Shown here in pieces: positions 49,114-63,609 of a stretch of DNA of 64,000 nt. Position 1 is the first letter of the stretch; every line of letters begins with the position of its first letter. The translations under genes and the position numbers were made by a program. The DNA is from Dudresnaya verticillata. Its lineage: Eukaryota. The notes under the pieces are model-generated. The model was not told where the DNA came from. It saw nothing but the letters and a program-made list of their open reading frames with translations, and did no database searches. The stretch covers positions 372,001 to 436,000 of the forward strand of contig OZ374557.1 of assembly GCA_977862235.1 (NCBI GenBank), written 5' to 3'.

Positions 49114-52021
49114 CGCGAACGACCGGACAGAGGAGGAAGAGCGGCGAAGTGAGCTCGCAGACGCTCCATTTGTTCAACCGGACCCGGAATCTGCAACCAA
49201 TTGGACTCATAGTCCACTATGACCTTCTCCACCCCTTCTGCCAGACTATGTATGTTGAGATGACGCATGTTCCAATGGTAAGCTAACCTGATGGCTGAAT
49301 CACGTCGGTTGAAGACGTCTCGGATAACGTGGTCTGCTATTGAAAATCCCATAGCCGAAGGAGCATGAGGGCCCTGGAACTGCCCGTCAACAGTCTCGTC
49401 GAAGACGGGAACTTGCTCGGGTCTCAGGACCCGGTTCCCGCCAACGGAAACAAACCCACTCGGCTGTAACCCCGGTCATACAAGTGCCCCCATCAAGGAT
49501 AATTGGCTTCACCTCGGATGGCTCCGGCTGTATGAGATACTCCGGTAGCATCGGATGCCACTTCTGCAGTTCAGAATCAACCTAATCACCACTGTTGTAA
49601 ACGGGCATCAGATGACCAGTGTTGTCTGGTAGATGTCGGTTGCGCTTGGTAATTTCAATCCAGCGAATACGCTCGATGAAGATGAGCAGGGCTTCTAAAT
49701 CCTTTTCGTCGTCTGCATCAGCAGCTAAGTCCTTGAGGCCTAACGCCCAAATTGCTGCCCGTAATGCTTGACCCATGAAGTATAGCATACCACGACGTGC
49801 CTCATACATCAGCGTCTGAGTAATGAGAACGACTCACTCATGGCGGAAAATGCCCGAAAGAACGCTATCGCTCCAAAGCGCGCTATCATCCATGGCTTTA
49901 CCCATCATATCTAGGCCGAGATATGTGAGGATAGTCGGTGTCCCGACCGCCATGGAGTATGAGACCTCGACGTTGTTGTGGTCGTCCGGTATCTGGGGAT
50001 ACTTAGCATTATACCACTCCGGCTTGATAGCCGTCACTTCCTGTCAATGACACGGTATGAAGAAAACAATCTTGTGCCTCTGTCACCGCTCGAAGCGAGC
50101 GTGTTCCAACGACATAGCCGTCTGCGGGTTATCCAACGCATATTTCAAGTTGGATGAATCGTCCCACCGCACAACGCGGGCCAGTGTATACCGGAAGTTA
50201 TCCCTGCCTTGCAGAATGCGTTCCCGCCCATGTATCACCAAACGTCGGTCCCACTCTCCACTCTGGTGGATCCCATGAAACATCAAGGCGCGGTATTGGT
50301 GCCGGTCAAGATACCCACGCGTGTACGCATGAGACGGTTCCAAACACGGCTCTGAGCCCTCCAACCACCGATGCGACGCACCTTCTCACGACTAGCCCCC
50401 GCACGCACCTTTAAGTGTGCCAGGTCGGTACGCAGGAACCCGTCGCCGCTATGCAAGATAAGCAACGGCACACCGGCCCCTAGGGCCGGTGCGCCTGCAA
50501 AGGGGCATTCGTTTCCGGGCAGGACCACCTAAAACAAAAATAGACATGAATCACACCGGCCGCGTCCATCGCATGTCCAAAGACATTTGCGCTCGAGCCT
50601 GCCACCCCATACGCCAAGTGCGGCGGGACCATCTCGATAGGGCGCGGTGATATGTCAACGTCTTCCCAGCCGTCCTTTCAGCAGATCTTCTAAGGCTCGG
50701 AGACCTTCCTAGCGTTGAATGTTGGGTCCAGAAATGGCCCTGAGGGCCAGTGAGCGCGACCTGAGAAACCTGCTCCGGCGCGGAGGCCGTTTTTCAGCCT
50801 GAAAGTCGGCTCCAATGCTAAGTCCAAAGACTGACCAGCGCGACCTGAGCAAACGGCTGTGAGCCGGGAAGATCGGAGTGCATGCGACGGGAGTCGTCGC
50901 ACTCGAGGCCAGTCGGCGGTGAGCAACAATGCGCAACTGAAAGGGGCGCGAGGGCGTTTTAGTAGGTAAACGCCGAGGCGCGCCACGCAAACGCCGATGA
51001 AGATGTTTGACGCCACGAGGCGCGGAGGATGAAGTCGCCCAAAGCACACAGGGGGAAGGAGGAGTGAAGTCGGTTGCGGTTTGCGACGGTGGGTGGGTGT
51101 GAGCACGGTGGGCGGCGAGACGGCTGAGAGCCGTCGTTGAAATAGACCCACGCCCGTCTGGCGCTTAGCGCACTCGATACCGGTCTTGCCGCCGATGACG
51201 GCTCGAGCCGCGTTGACTTGGCCTCGCCGTTGAGACGGTCGAAGGGAGGCGTTTTCTCACGCGTGGCTATTGCGCCAGTGAACGGACCGAGATTTCAAAT
51301 TTCAACGCCCACAGGATTTGGAAACAGCATCGCTGTACAGCTCTCTACTGAGCGCAGTCGCTCAGTTTTAGGAAGGAAGCCGTGTGATACAACGAGCGCT
51401 GGGACGCTATAAGGATCCAAGTTCACACGCAATGCCTGTAAACCGTGGAATAAAAAATGATATGGCCACACGCCATCGGGTGATTGACTACGTGAGCGCT
51501 GTACGTGCTCAGTGGCTGTCTTGCGCCATCATTTCGCGGCTATTTTGGGCACGGCGTCTTACAGTGAGTCCGCACGCACGGAATCGGTACACCCGCTCAT
51601 CCCTATTCCTAATCCGTATTTCATCTGTTAGTCTACAGTACTAGTTCACTGTTAGTATTATAGCTCTAACTGAGAAGGTAGTATCTTTCCGGATCCCGCC
51701 GTATTTATTAGGCCCCTGAGTACCAGAGGCCCCGCATTAAACGGGCAGCGGTGTTTCCCTTGGGGTTTTCCCCTTTCTTGGACTCTCACGGTATCACCGC
51801 TACAGATCCCCCTTTAGGTGTTTACAAGCCGTGCTACCCACGAAGAATGCTCTAAGCAGTACAGTTCGCCTTTCCTTTTCACCTCTTGATCAGGGCTCGC
51901 AGCCCTTTCAACTCTCTACCCCGCCCTTTAGGATCTACCAACCACGCGAGTGGAACTGGCTTCAGGACAGCTGTCGCGCTGTTTTGCCGTCTTTGTTCTG
52001 GCTTGGAACCATTCTACTACA
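49114..52021 (+). mobile_element. Duplicated 3' part of A (antisense ORF portion and 3' LTR 51383-52021)
   Basis: Near-identical to 23004-25911. Confidence 0.95.
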
Positions 52022-52839
52022 CAGCAGTCGCATTCCGTGCCGCACACGACGCGCCCCAGTGACGCTCTCCGGTATCGAGCCGTTGAGCAGTCACTGCCGG
52101 TTACGACCTGCCCGCTGTAATACAGTGAAGGGCTTACAGAAGTAGGCCCTCTGCCCTCGTGTATGCGCTGAAATAGCGTTACCTATAGGGCGCCAACAGG
52201 GACAAGACGGGTAGTCTATGATTGGTCCAAGTCTCACCCGGTAGGTCAGTAGCTTAGTATATGTCTATTTATTTTAGAAATTACAGCTTAGGATAGGGGG
52301 CGTGTATATTGCCCAGTATGAGGGGTGCTGCCTGGCAGTCGGAGTACCATATATGAGGGTATCTCCCGTAGCGGTCACTGTACAGTAAAGGTAAGCACCT
52401 TCCGGCCCCGACTACGTCTCCAAGCTATCAGTACCGCAGCACACCTGTCACCCGTGCCCGGTTAACCGCCCGCCCATTGAACTACCTTCAGTATCGTGCT
52501 TCCAATCAATTTACGTGCCCTCGTCTACCCTTTCGGTTCCTCCCACTCTACCACCGCTACCAGGTACCCGCTCTATGGTTTTCTCATTGAGTGCACTCTT
52601 TGAGTTCCCAAGAGACCTAAAAGGTACTTCCTTACATCTGGTCTCCCGACCTAGAACTATCAAGGTTGGTGAGCCGTTAAGAGGACGACGAATATCGTAA
52701 TCCAATTGGATATTGAAGAAAACCAACCCACCAAGGCCCCTGTTACTCCAAGATATCAACTCCCACTCAAAGTAGTTCCCGTCGTGGTCAGAAGGCAGAG
52801 CAGACCCCACTGGGCCCCCCAGTTGAGGACGCGGAGTCT

Positions 52840-54775
52840 TTGCTCCACCCTCCGAGGACTCCTGGAGTAGAACAAGTGGAACCGCCTGGTCAAGCATCCG
52901 CAAATCCCGTAACAGGTAAACCCTCAGCAGGTCCTTCGAAAGAAGTCGCAAGGCAGCCCCCGCTACATTCCAACCGTAACCATTGGGTCAATACTGATCT
53001 GATGCCCCGTCCGATAACCTGGCTACATGACGAGTTGACCCTTCGGTTACCTCAAACGGTTGAACCACTAGTGGGACACTTTCTAGAAGAAGAAGGTCCA
53101 AGGACACTCTCAGAGTTTGCCGCCACGGCTACTGACAAATTAGTCCAGTCATAGACCACCCAGCCGGACAGTAGTCCAATCTATGGGATGCTTACCGAAA
53201 TGGTTCCCCCGTTGGTTGCTCAGTCTCTCGAGGCTTTTGGGCAAGCAGCGGACTCTTCAACTGGACCAAAAGCTATACCCACAGGGGAAACCAAAGTGGA
53301 AAATAAGGAGAATGATGTCGTCTCTCCTGGCATCGTTCTACCAACCGAAACTGGTGATACAAATAAGAAACCCGAAGGGGGTTTGTCGGACTCCAAAGGT
53401 AGTAAGAGTAACCGACATGTATCTCCGCCCAAGAAGTCTAAAAAGAAGAAGAAGGACAAACAAAAGAAAAATAAGAAGAAACATTACTCATCTGAGTCTG
53501 ACTCATCGTCAGCTACCTCAGATGGTTCAAGTTCGGATGATTCTTCCAATGATGACCGACGGCGTCGTCGCCCATCGTCTAAAACTACAACGGTCAGGAG
53601 GATTAAACACCTCAATGACCTATTTACCCGAGTGGTTAGCTTTACCGATTGGATAACCGCTCAAGGCTTTACTCCTCGAGAATCTCTCGGAAAGTAAATA
53701 CATACTATAAGAGGATGGCTATTCAGATGCCACCTCTCGTTTCTCGGGGGTAGACCCGATTAACATTTTGGGTTTCCTTGCAAGGTTCAAGGATGCCTGT
53801 AATCACAATGATGTTCACGAAGGAGCAGCCGTTTGGTTATTACAATACTTTATGACAGGAACCGCCAGAGACAACCTTCAGGCGAGGTTACAGACAAGAA
53901 CCAGTATGGTCGTGGACTGCGAAGATGAGGGGGATTTGTTAACAACGTACCCCGAAGTGGTTAATTACCTTTTGGAAACCTATGCCACCGATGAGGTTAT
54001 TGCGCAAGTCTATTCTGACGTGATCTCGTTGCGACAAGCCGAAGGAAAAACGGAATGGGACTTCGCAGAGTTAGTGAGAGCCAGAGATCGCCGATGCGGG
54101 TCGGTGTTGACAGAACACCACCTCAAGGTGATCTTCGTTGATGGGCTCCTCCCGAGTATCCGTGCTCCGGTTCGTAACCGGTTGGCTTCTTCAAAGCGTT
54201 TGTCCTATACTCAGATTACACAATATGCACAAGACCTTGGGGAAGCTCATAGGAGTACACGTGGGGCGACAAACCTAAAGGGAAAAAGGGGAGTAATCCC
54301 CGTCGCCGCGGTTAGCTTCGGGAAACCACCGTCTCACTCCTTGAGTACGTCGACTGCTACCTCCGAGGGTTTACCAGGAATGGAAGACATTAATGAGGAG
54401 GAGGTTTTCCAACTCGGTGAACACTTATCCAAACAGTCTATGGCTCCACCGTCTTCAATAACCACAGTGGGGTCCCGAGATGGTGCGCCGATACGAGCAT
54501 GCTGGATCTGTGCTAATCCGGACCATATGGCACATGAATGCCCATTGGTAACCCCCGCTGTTCGCGCTGGCATAATTGCTTCCAGAAGGCAGAACCTCTA
54601 TGGGTTAGCCCAAGCCCGAGCCCTGCAAGGTAACCGACAAGGTAACCCCGGGGCCTCCTTCTCAACAGGTCATCCGGGCCCTACCCAGGCTAGACGCACG
54701 GGATCACCCTCAGTGGAGCCCTCAAAGGCAGTTCAAGGAGTTACCATTGCGGAAAACGTGGAGGAGGAGGCATAA
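52840..54775 (+). pseudogene. gag: gag of B copy 2
   Basis: Same translation as the first copy, including CWICANPDHMAHEC. Confidence 0.9.
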
Positions 54776-57700
54776 CGACGCATGCCCCCTCCCCAAATAT
54801 GCGCCTTCCAGAACCTGTGTTGCGACCCGACACTACGGATAACCCGGACGGTGATGACTATAATGAATTATGTTTACTTAAGAAGCAAAAATACAAAGTG
54901 GATCTATCGTTAGGGGTCTGGTCATCTCAGATGATATCCGCAAGGGGCGTGATCGATTCTGGCGCCGGACCCAATCTGGTTCATGTTAAAATGTTACCTA
55001 ATGGTTGGGAAACGCGAGCCAAACCCTATAAGGAAACCACACATAACATCTTCGACGCTTCTAATAATCGAATATTACCTCTAGGAGTCATCCCCTTATA
55101 TATCCGTGTCGGCAATCTCTACACGAAGACCCATTTTCTGCTTGTTGCTAATATGCCTGCCGAAGTTATACTCGGTACAGCCTTCATCGATCGACATATC
55201 ACAGCCATCATGCCTGGACCCCGAAGGTTACTCTTGAAGGATGCTCCAGCAGTACCTAACATCGGTGTTTCCATGGGAGGAAGCACGGTTACCAACGATA
55301 AACAACCAACGGTTTCTACCGAAGTGAGATTGGCCAAAGACTGCGTCATACCTCCAAGGTCACGCTCGTTTGTGCCGGAAAGAACAAGCGCAGCTGGATT
55401 ATACCTGGTTCATAATACCTCACGGTCACTACACAAGTCGTTAACCATAATGGCAAACGGTATCAGGGATATCCTTCCGATGGGAAGGTTTGCTGTACTA
55501 ATGACCAATTTTGGTGATCGCCCTGCTCGACTGAAAAAACTCAAGTAATAGGCCATGCGTTGCCAAGACCTGATCAGGTTTTGAGTATTGGTACTCTACA
55601 AGAGAATAACCAGTCGGATACCCAGGAGGTGAAATCAAAAGCGGAACCCAGTTGGGAAGACACTGTCCATATAGGTGTCGAAGACAGTACTTCCCGATCC
55701 CAAATTACGGAATTGCTTCAAGAGTATCAAGAAATGTGGTCAGGCCAACTGGGTACCATTAAGGCCACTCAGCACACGATTGAGTTGATGGAAGGGGAGA
55801 AACCCATCTATCAACACCCTTATAGGGCCGGCCCTAAAGCTCGAGAAGCTGAAAAGACGGAAGCACAACGAACGTTACGAGAAGGCGTTATTGAACCCCC
55901 GGGGCCAGAATGGCCCAGCCTTGTGGTCCTTGTGTCGAAACCTGATGGGTCTTTGCGCTTTAGCGTCGACTATTGCTGGCTGAATAGTATTACTCGGAGA
56001 GATTTATTTCCGTTACCTCGAATGGACGAATGTATTGACTCACCGGGAGATGCTAAGGTATTCACGACGCTCGACTGTAATAGTGGTTATTGGCAAGTGG
56101 AAGTCGATCCCGACGATCGCGATAAAACGACGTTCACCTGCCACGAAGGGTTATACCGTTTTATCAGGATGCTATTTGGTCTCAAGAATGCGCCCGCCAT
56201 ATTCCAACGAGCAGTCGACATTATAATGTCCCGGTGCAAGTGGCAATACGCTTTGGTTTATCTCGATGACGTTATCGTTTGCTCTCGGAGTATCCAGAAC
56301 CACTTCCACCATTTACGTACTGTACTCGATCTACTCCGAACCGCTGGGGTTTCCCTTAAGTTGTCTAAGTGCAAGTTCTTCGAAGCTTCCGTCGATTACC
56401 TCTGACATGTAATACGTCCCGGAAAGCTTGAGGTAGCCTCTCCGAACGTTACCGCCCTACGACAGGCGAAACCTCCCACGGATCAAACCGAGTTAAGGTC
56501 ATTTCTTGGGGTATGTAACGTCTATCGACGTTTTGTCCCCAATTATGCACAGATTGCGTCTCCCCTCTCCAGGAAACTTCGAAAAGATCAACCCTTCACT
56601 TTTGAGTCACTGACCGAAGACTAGTACGACGTCTTTGACGATCTCAGGAGTCGTCTTTTAACCGCACCAATATTGGCTTTACCTCGAAAGGGATTCCGTT
56701 ATTGCGTTGACACAGACGCGTGCGACCTTCAGGTTGGCTGTTGCTTACTTCAAGAAAACAAACAAGGGACAAGCTACCTATTGGTAATTGGAGTCGCACA
56801 CTTAATTCCGCAGAGCGTAACTATTTGGCCACCGAACGGGAATGCCTCGCCGTAGTATGGAGTCTTTTAACCCTCAGACCTTACCTCGAAGGCGACCGCT
56901 TTACGGTTAGAACCGACCACGAACCCCTTCAGTGGTTGTTAAAACTCTCGGATGCATCGGGTCACCTTGCCCGTTGGCGCTTAAGACTCTCGGAGTTCGA
57001 CTTTCCAGTCACCTACAACCCTGGACGGGAACATCATTTCGCTGACACCATATCACGGCTTTCGACGCCAGGGAGTGACCAAACGCCATTAGACGATGAC
57101 ATCCCCTGTTTTACACTCGCGGTTGAAAATAGCGCTCCGGGTCAGCTCAGTTTACCTACCGTCCGTGACTTGGCAAACCAGAAGGGTTTACCCCGCCAGG
57201 TTAGTAGGCAAGAACTCCTCGAGGCACAATCAAAGGATGCGTATTGCCAACAGATGGCTAACCAAGTTGGTATCGCTGGATCCCAATTCCAGTGGGATCA
57301 TAACGGTTTTCTAATCCGCCAAGCGACACTCGACGGAGCACTCCAGATCTTGGTGCCAAAGTCCCTGCGTCCCCGCATACTATATTTTGCCCACTATCCC
57401 CTTCTTTCTGGACACCCTGGTGGTTCAAGAATGTATTACACCCTCCGGCGACAGTCTTATTGGCCATATAGGGCTAATGACGCATATGCCGTAGTGGGTG
57501 ACTGTACTAAGGGTGTCCAAAACCGGGGTACCTTACGGAGACATCAGAACTACCTTAAGTAGTTTCCAGCCGCTGGCCCACTGGAATTCCTTGCCATGGA
57601 CCTCGCGGGTCCTTTTCCCAAAACCGAGCATGGTAACCGTTTCGTCTTGGTTATTACCGATCGGTTTTCTAAGCTCACCCGCGTCATACCTTTACGGAAT

Positions 57701-58800
57701 ACTAATGCCAGCAAGGTTGGACAAGTTTTTCTGGACCACTGGGTCTACCCTTACGATGTTCCGTTATATGTCCTTTCCGATAATGGTCCACAGTTCGTGT
57801 CAAAATTCTTCGCCACGATCTGTCAAGCCCTGGGGTTACGTCAGTTATTCACAACCGCTTAACACCCCCAGACCAATGGTCAGACCGAACGGTTCAACAA
57901 AACCCTTGACCAGCGGTTGCGTCATTACGTAGCGGATCATCAACGTGACTGGGACAGTTACGTACATCCGCTCACCTACGCGTATAACCTTCAGGTTCAC
58001 CACTCTACGGGTACTTCGCCCTTTGATCTCGTCCTATCCCGGCCACCTTCGGTTATACCTCTACAGGGTTCTCCCACAATGGGTCTCACCAATCAGTTGG
58101 ATTCTCAACTCACCGCTGCTTCTGTGAAGTGTTTAACCATTCGGAAACTTGAACAGGCCATTGAAACCGCTAGGGTCACCCTTACGGCTGCCCAATAACG
58201 TTACAAATCGGCCTTCGATACCTCCGTGGCACGGCCCTTTTCCGTTACTGTTGGAGATTGGGTCTATCTCGATTGCCCTAAGTTCACTAAGCGCCAAGTT
58301 GGTGAACGACAGGCTTCTCTCGTCGACCCCGCTGAGGAGCAGAACCTTTCTAGGAAAGGTTTACCCAAAGCGACCGGACCTTTTTTGGTTACAGCCGTTC
58401 ATAACAACCATACGGTCACGATTAAGCCATACGGGCTTTTTAATACCGTTTCGCAAGACCGCATTTCGGTTGATCCTCATCGTGGCCCCCGCACCCCCTG
58501 GCCGACACTGAGGTCACTCAGGATCCCCCATCGGCGCCTCCGCCGCCTACGGCGTCAACTTACTCGGATTTCAATACCGTTGACCATTTGGTTAAGCACC
58601 GTGTCACCGATAGTGGGTACCAATATAAGGCTCGCTGGTATGGTTACGCCCCCAATGATGATACTTGGGAGCCACCCGCGCACATCCCTCACAATTTCGT
58701 GTTAGGATACTGGGGCCGGCTTGACCAGACACCACCGCCCGGAGCTGGGGGGTGTAGGCCTCATGGATTTTCGCGGACTCCAAATTATCCATCGTGAAAC
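54751..58800 (+). pseudogene. pol: pol of B copy 2
   Basis: Same PR/RT/RH/INT/chromodomain motifs and stops as the first copy. Confidence 0.95.
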
Positions 58801-59302
58801 GTCACTCAGAGAGTTAACGCCACCCAAGCAAAAGGCCTCGCGACGGTGTTATCTCATGGAGTCAAATGGAGCGGCACCAGGTCTCTCTCTCTTCACCTTT
58901 TCTACTTATTTTACGCTACTTACCTACAGTACCACTGTACGCTCACAGAAACCAAGAGCAAGGAGAACTACACAGGGAGATACAACACAAGACATAAGAT
59001 GTTTTATTGGACACTCTTCATATCACCCTTGAGGCTCATCTAATAATAATACTTAGTGGTAACGGGAACGTTTCTCAACCGACCCCTCGAAGTCACCCGA
59101 ACGTGAAGACGCACGGCGACGGGGTTGGAAAGGAGACGCCCGACGAGTCTCCCTGGCGTAGTAACTCTAGGAGTCGCCTCGCGCAGCGCCGCTCGACTCA
59201 CTGCCTCCACGGGAGAAGCCACATTGGTAGTGACCCCGGTAGGAAGGGGCTGCGTTACCTGATAGGTAGAAGAGCCATCTGGAGTCTCCTAGGGCTGCTC
59301 CC

Positions 59303-61279
59303 TCATGACCACGTTGGTAATGTCCTCCGAGGCAGTGGGTAGCTGCTCAGCTCCCTGAGTCGGCCCCGGCGATGCCAGATCCAAAGGGTCACCGGGTTGG
59401 TAGTTCGCCACTTGGGTAAGTGAGCCGGCCGCACCACGGCTAGAGTCCTCGGCTGAAGATCACTCTTGCGCAATACCTCTCGGGTGAACTTGTTGCAGGA
59501 AGTAACGAAACTCGTGGCGTTCTGCGGCATCTCAGCCGCCATACTTGCAAGAGGCACCCTGAGGGTTGCTACTTCGGTTCCCAAACGGTCCATCGTAGCC
59601 ATGTGGGTACCCAGCTGGTTCACTTGGAAGTTCCCCATCTGGGCCACTTACCGGAGTACCCAAGTTAGGAGTGCCTCCTTCGACACCCACTCCCGAGCGG
59701 CGTCCAGAGAATCCTCTAAGGTAGCCGGTACCGGTATTTTCGCAGCGCGACACGCCTCTTGAAGTCTCCCAACCCGAAGGTGAACCGAGGCAGGTAGAGT
59801 CGTCCCCGATGGGGCCACTGCTGTACCAGAAGGACCACTTGGTGAAACCAATGGGTTATCTCGACGAGTCACTGCCTCAGGAGTTACCATCGGGGGTATG
59901 CCAGTGGAGGTTGCCCGCGTGGGTGTCGCCAGACGCGCCTCACGCATTTGCGTTACTGTCTCCGGTGCCGCCTGTGCGTTCGGTGTCCCTGTACGCGCCC
60001 CAATGCCCCGGCGCGCGGTCCTCGCTCGATTCGCATGCCCTAACGCCGCACGCGTCCTGTCGGGGTAACCAATATAGGTTGGCGCCTCCTCTTCTTGGAC
60101 CACTTGGTTTCTATCAGAGTTCGGCTCCATGTTGCCCCAGCCACGACCCATACCCTCTACCTCCTGAAAGGAGTGAAACGGCGGACCAGGACGGTTATCG
60201 AAGGTGTGTCGCCTACCAAATCGGTCAACCGCTTCGGAAACCTCCGGATCATACGCGACCCAAACCTCGCCGGCAGCCCACTTGAAGGCCTCCGATGCGG
60301 TTGGAAGTCCCGCCAAGTCGTCACCCGCAAAGGTACTACCTCCACAAATGAGGTCAACCCCAAGAGTGCGGATTGACTCAATGAGTGTCTTGGATAAGCG
60401 GAAGAGGCAACCATCAGGCAGACCATCTTGGGCATGGTAACCAGCTTCTGTATAGGGCGTTGAGTCCCATATACCAAAATAGGCTGCCTGAAGAAAGACC
60501 AGCACTAAGTGGAGTACCTGCTCGGTTTTGGCGATTGAACACACTGGATAATACCACTTCGGCGCGGAATCACGCGCATGGGCTCCAAAGTATGCCAGCA
60601 CGCCCGGGGTTAACGACGGCAAGGAGCGCGGACCTTCGATGGCGTGCCACCAGCTGGGTTTCTTCGCGTAGTGATCCCGACGCCGACCCATGGGGATACT
60701 CCACATTTCGACATTGTGAAACTCCGCTAGGAGATCATCAGTACGGTTGCGAATGCGCGTCTCCGTCCAAATATCCACCGCCCACCGCTCGGTTAACCAC
60801 CACAGGTCGGGAAAAGGCTTCGCCTCCAAGAGTGACTCCGGAAGTAACTTGATCTCGTTCACCTATTGGTTTCCCTCAAGGAAGCGGTAGAGCTAGGGGA
60901 CGTAGTCTTCCTCGAACCCAACGCGCAACCACTTGAGGTCACTACCATAGTGACGCGGAATTAGAACGCTCGGCGGGCAGTAACGCAAACGCGCAACCCA
61001 CTGGTTCTCACGCCTACCTTAGGGGATCGCCCGGAAGCGGTATGTGTCTGGATTGGCGTCCAAGAGGTAACCTTGGAGTGGAAACTGCTCTAGCACATCC
61101 TGATTGGAAAACGCCGACAACCCACCGTGGCCGCCCATGGGAGAAGACTGTGCCATCGCGGCGTAGTAACCTCCGCGGCGTACGCAAGGCGTGACTGGAA
61201 AGACAACGTCAGGGTTGAAGAGACGACGACGGCGGGGTGGCGAGTGGCGTGGTGTTGGTTGCGATTGACGTGGGACCAT
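59303..61279 (-). pseudogene. Antisense accessory ORF of B copy 2
   Basis: Copy of 33193-35169 with one additional stop (TAG where copy 1 has TGG, near 60864). Confidence 0.85.
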
Positions 61280-63609
61280 GTTTGAAAAACCTTTGAGGTG
61301 GTGATGCAGCGGAAGAGAAGTACTGCGGCGCGCGGGATTGATTGCGGGCCGACGACGGTCATGGGCGTTGAGCCGCCTGGATACCAAACGGTTATGATTT
61401 CGAGCGAAACACGTGCAGACTGCCCTGGCGTCCCGAGGACGGGCCCCAATCTCGCGGGGAGCTCTGTAGTACAGTGAAGGGCTTACAGAAGTGGGCCCTC
61501 TGCCCTCGTGTATGCGCTGAAATAGCGTTACCTATAGGGCGCCAACAGGGACAAGACGGGTAGTCTATGATTGGTCCAAGTCTCACCCGGTAGGTCAGTA
61601 GCTTAGTATCTGTCTATTTGTTTTAGAAATTATAGCTTAGGATAGGGGGCGTGTATATTGCCCAGTATGAGGGGTGCTGCCTGACAGTCGGAGTACCATA
61701 TAAGGATATCTCCCGTAGCGGTCCCTTTACAGTAAAGGTAAGCGCCTTCCGGCCCCAACTATGTCTCCAAGCTATCGGCACCGCAGCACACCTGTCACCC
61801 GTGCCCGGTTAACCGCCGGCCCAGTGAACTACCTTCAGTATCGTGCTTCCAATCAATTTACGTGCCCTCGTCTACCCTCTGGGTTCCTCCCGCTCTACCA
61901 CCGCTACCAGATACCCGCTCTGTGGCTTTCTCATTGAGTGTACTCTTTGAGTTCACAAGAGACCTAAAAGGTACTTCCTTACGCCCGCGCCCACAGGTAG
62001 CCGTTACCGGACGTGTCGACACGTGTATGGGCGTGCGCACGCGGAACTTCCGTGTTGGTGCCTCAGCGGCGTACTCACCTTAGAGTAGCCATAGGCGCGT
62101 ACTATTGTACAGTATTTAAGGCCGTCTGCCATCGATGGCTCAGTAAACCGGGCAAGCAACGGCTGGCGCTGATGCTTGACCCCAGTCTTGATCGTTCGAT
62201 CCCTTTCCTCTACGCCAGCGGGCGGTTCTACTTTTTCCCTTGCCTCCCTAGGCTTACCTCTTCCTTTTCCTTTCCGCCGGCGTCGTGGCGCCCTTTGACA
62301 GGGACGCTGGGATCCGGCCGCTGCCTACCCGCGTACGGTACGCCCCATGCGCGCTCCGGCATTGACGCCATTGATCCGCACCTGCGAAGCGCACGCGGCC
62401 GACACCGCTCTACCACATTCAGGTACCCATCGACGGGTCTGGATGACGGCTTCGGATCAGCGAGTACCAGACGTCGGATCGACCCGACGTCTATACTACA
62501 GGTACTTCCACCCCATATTAGCGCGTTGTAGAATATCTCAAAAACGATTGCAGATTTTATTAAACGGGCTTCGGAGCCGTTCCCCGCCCGCCAAGCAACG
62601 TTTACAACACTCATTTAAATGCACTCTACTGTCCCCACTGTCCAGAATCTCCACTTTTGGGGGGTGCCTTATACTTTCTTGCAGCACTGTACCACCGGTA
62701 CTTAAGCTAAAAACAGCCGAACAACGCCGCATGGCTGCCCTATGACACATTGGATACTTTCCCATCCACTATCGGTACCTTCGCAACATAGGCCTCCAAA
62801 GATTCCTGGACGCACTGCAGGGGCTGAAACAAACACGCCTCTAAGAAGCCAGAAAAAGACAGATAGCCCTAGCAATACATACAATTCGAACTATCCCAGA
62901 CCCAAACAACATACAGCCATGCACCACGAAACGACAGTGACCAGCGTGCAGACCAACAGTTCAATACCCGGCGGAAACGTCATGTACGCCCCCCGTAACT
63001 AGAGGTTGGCAGCTCACCAGCCCAGGAGGATTTAGCCGACCCAAAGATAATAGTGAACGATTTCGCCAGGTGGGCTTCTTATGCTACTGCATGAAAGAAA
63101 TACCTTTTCTACTCAATGCATCGATGCCCTCGGTCGCTGGCGTGAAGGCCGAGCGACGGCTGATAAATTCTTCATTGTCTGAGCGACCCGAGGCAGGGAC
63201 CCGAGGCAGAGTCGCTCAGAGACCCCAAACAAAGGGATAAAGTCCGCCTTGCTGCCATCCTAAAAAACAATTACAACTGGATGGTGCGATGGCAGGAGGC
63301 GCAGATCGGCGCAGCCATTCTGGCAGGAAATCCCAAATGTTGCCAGAAATAGAAACAAAACAGATAAATAGCGGCAAACAGCGCCACTCCCGGTGCGCTC
63401 GAACCCTACCCTCGAGCGCCACCGGAAGCAAATCGGTACTGGCGACCCCGCTAGGGGCACATACGTCAGCCCAGCCCAGTCCGGAAGCACCGGCTGGAGT
63501 ACGAGTACGTATGATGAAGAGTTTGCTAGGCTTTACTTCGCCCAGGGACATCCGCGGTGAGAACGCGCAAAACGCTAGAAGTATAGCAAACGCTACTAAA
63601 GACAAAACG

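Larger units (their letters stand above)
52116..61983 (+). mobile_element. Duplicated copy of chromovirus B
   Basis: LTRs 52116-52636 and 61465-61983; same CCCGC TSD, flanks and inactivating lesions as the first copy. Confidence 0.97.

Noticed and set aside
52116..61983. Second B copy as an independent retrotransposition
   Set aside because: Same TSD, flanks, LTR mismatches and stops as copy 1; it arose by segmental duplication.
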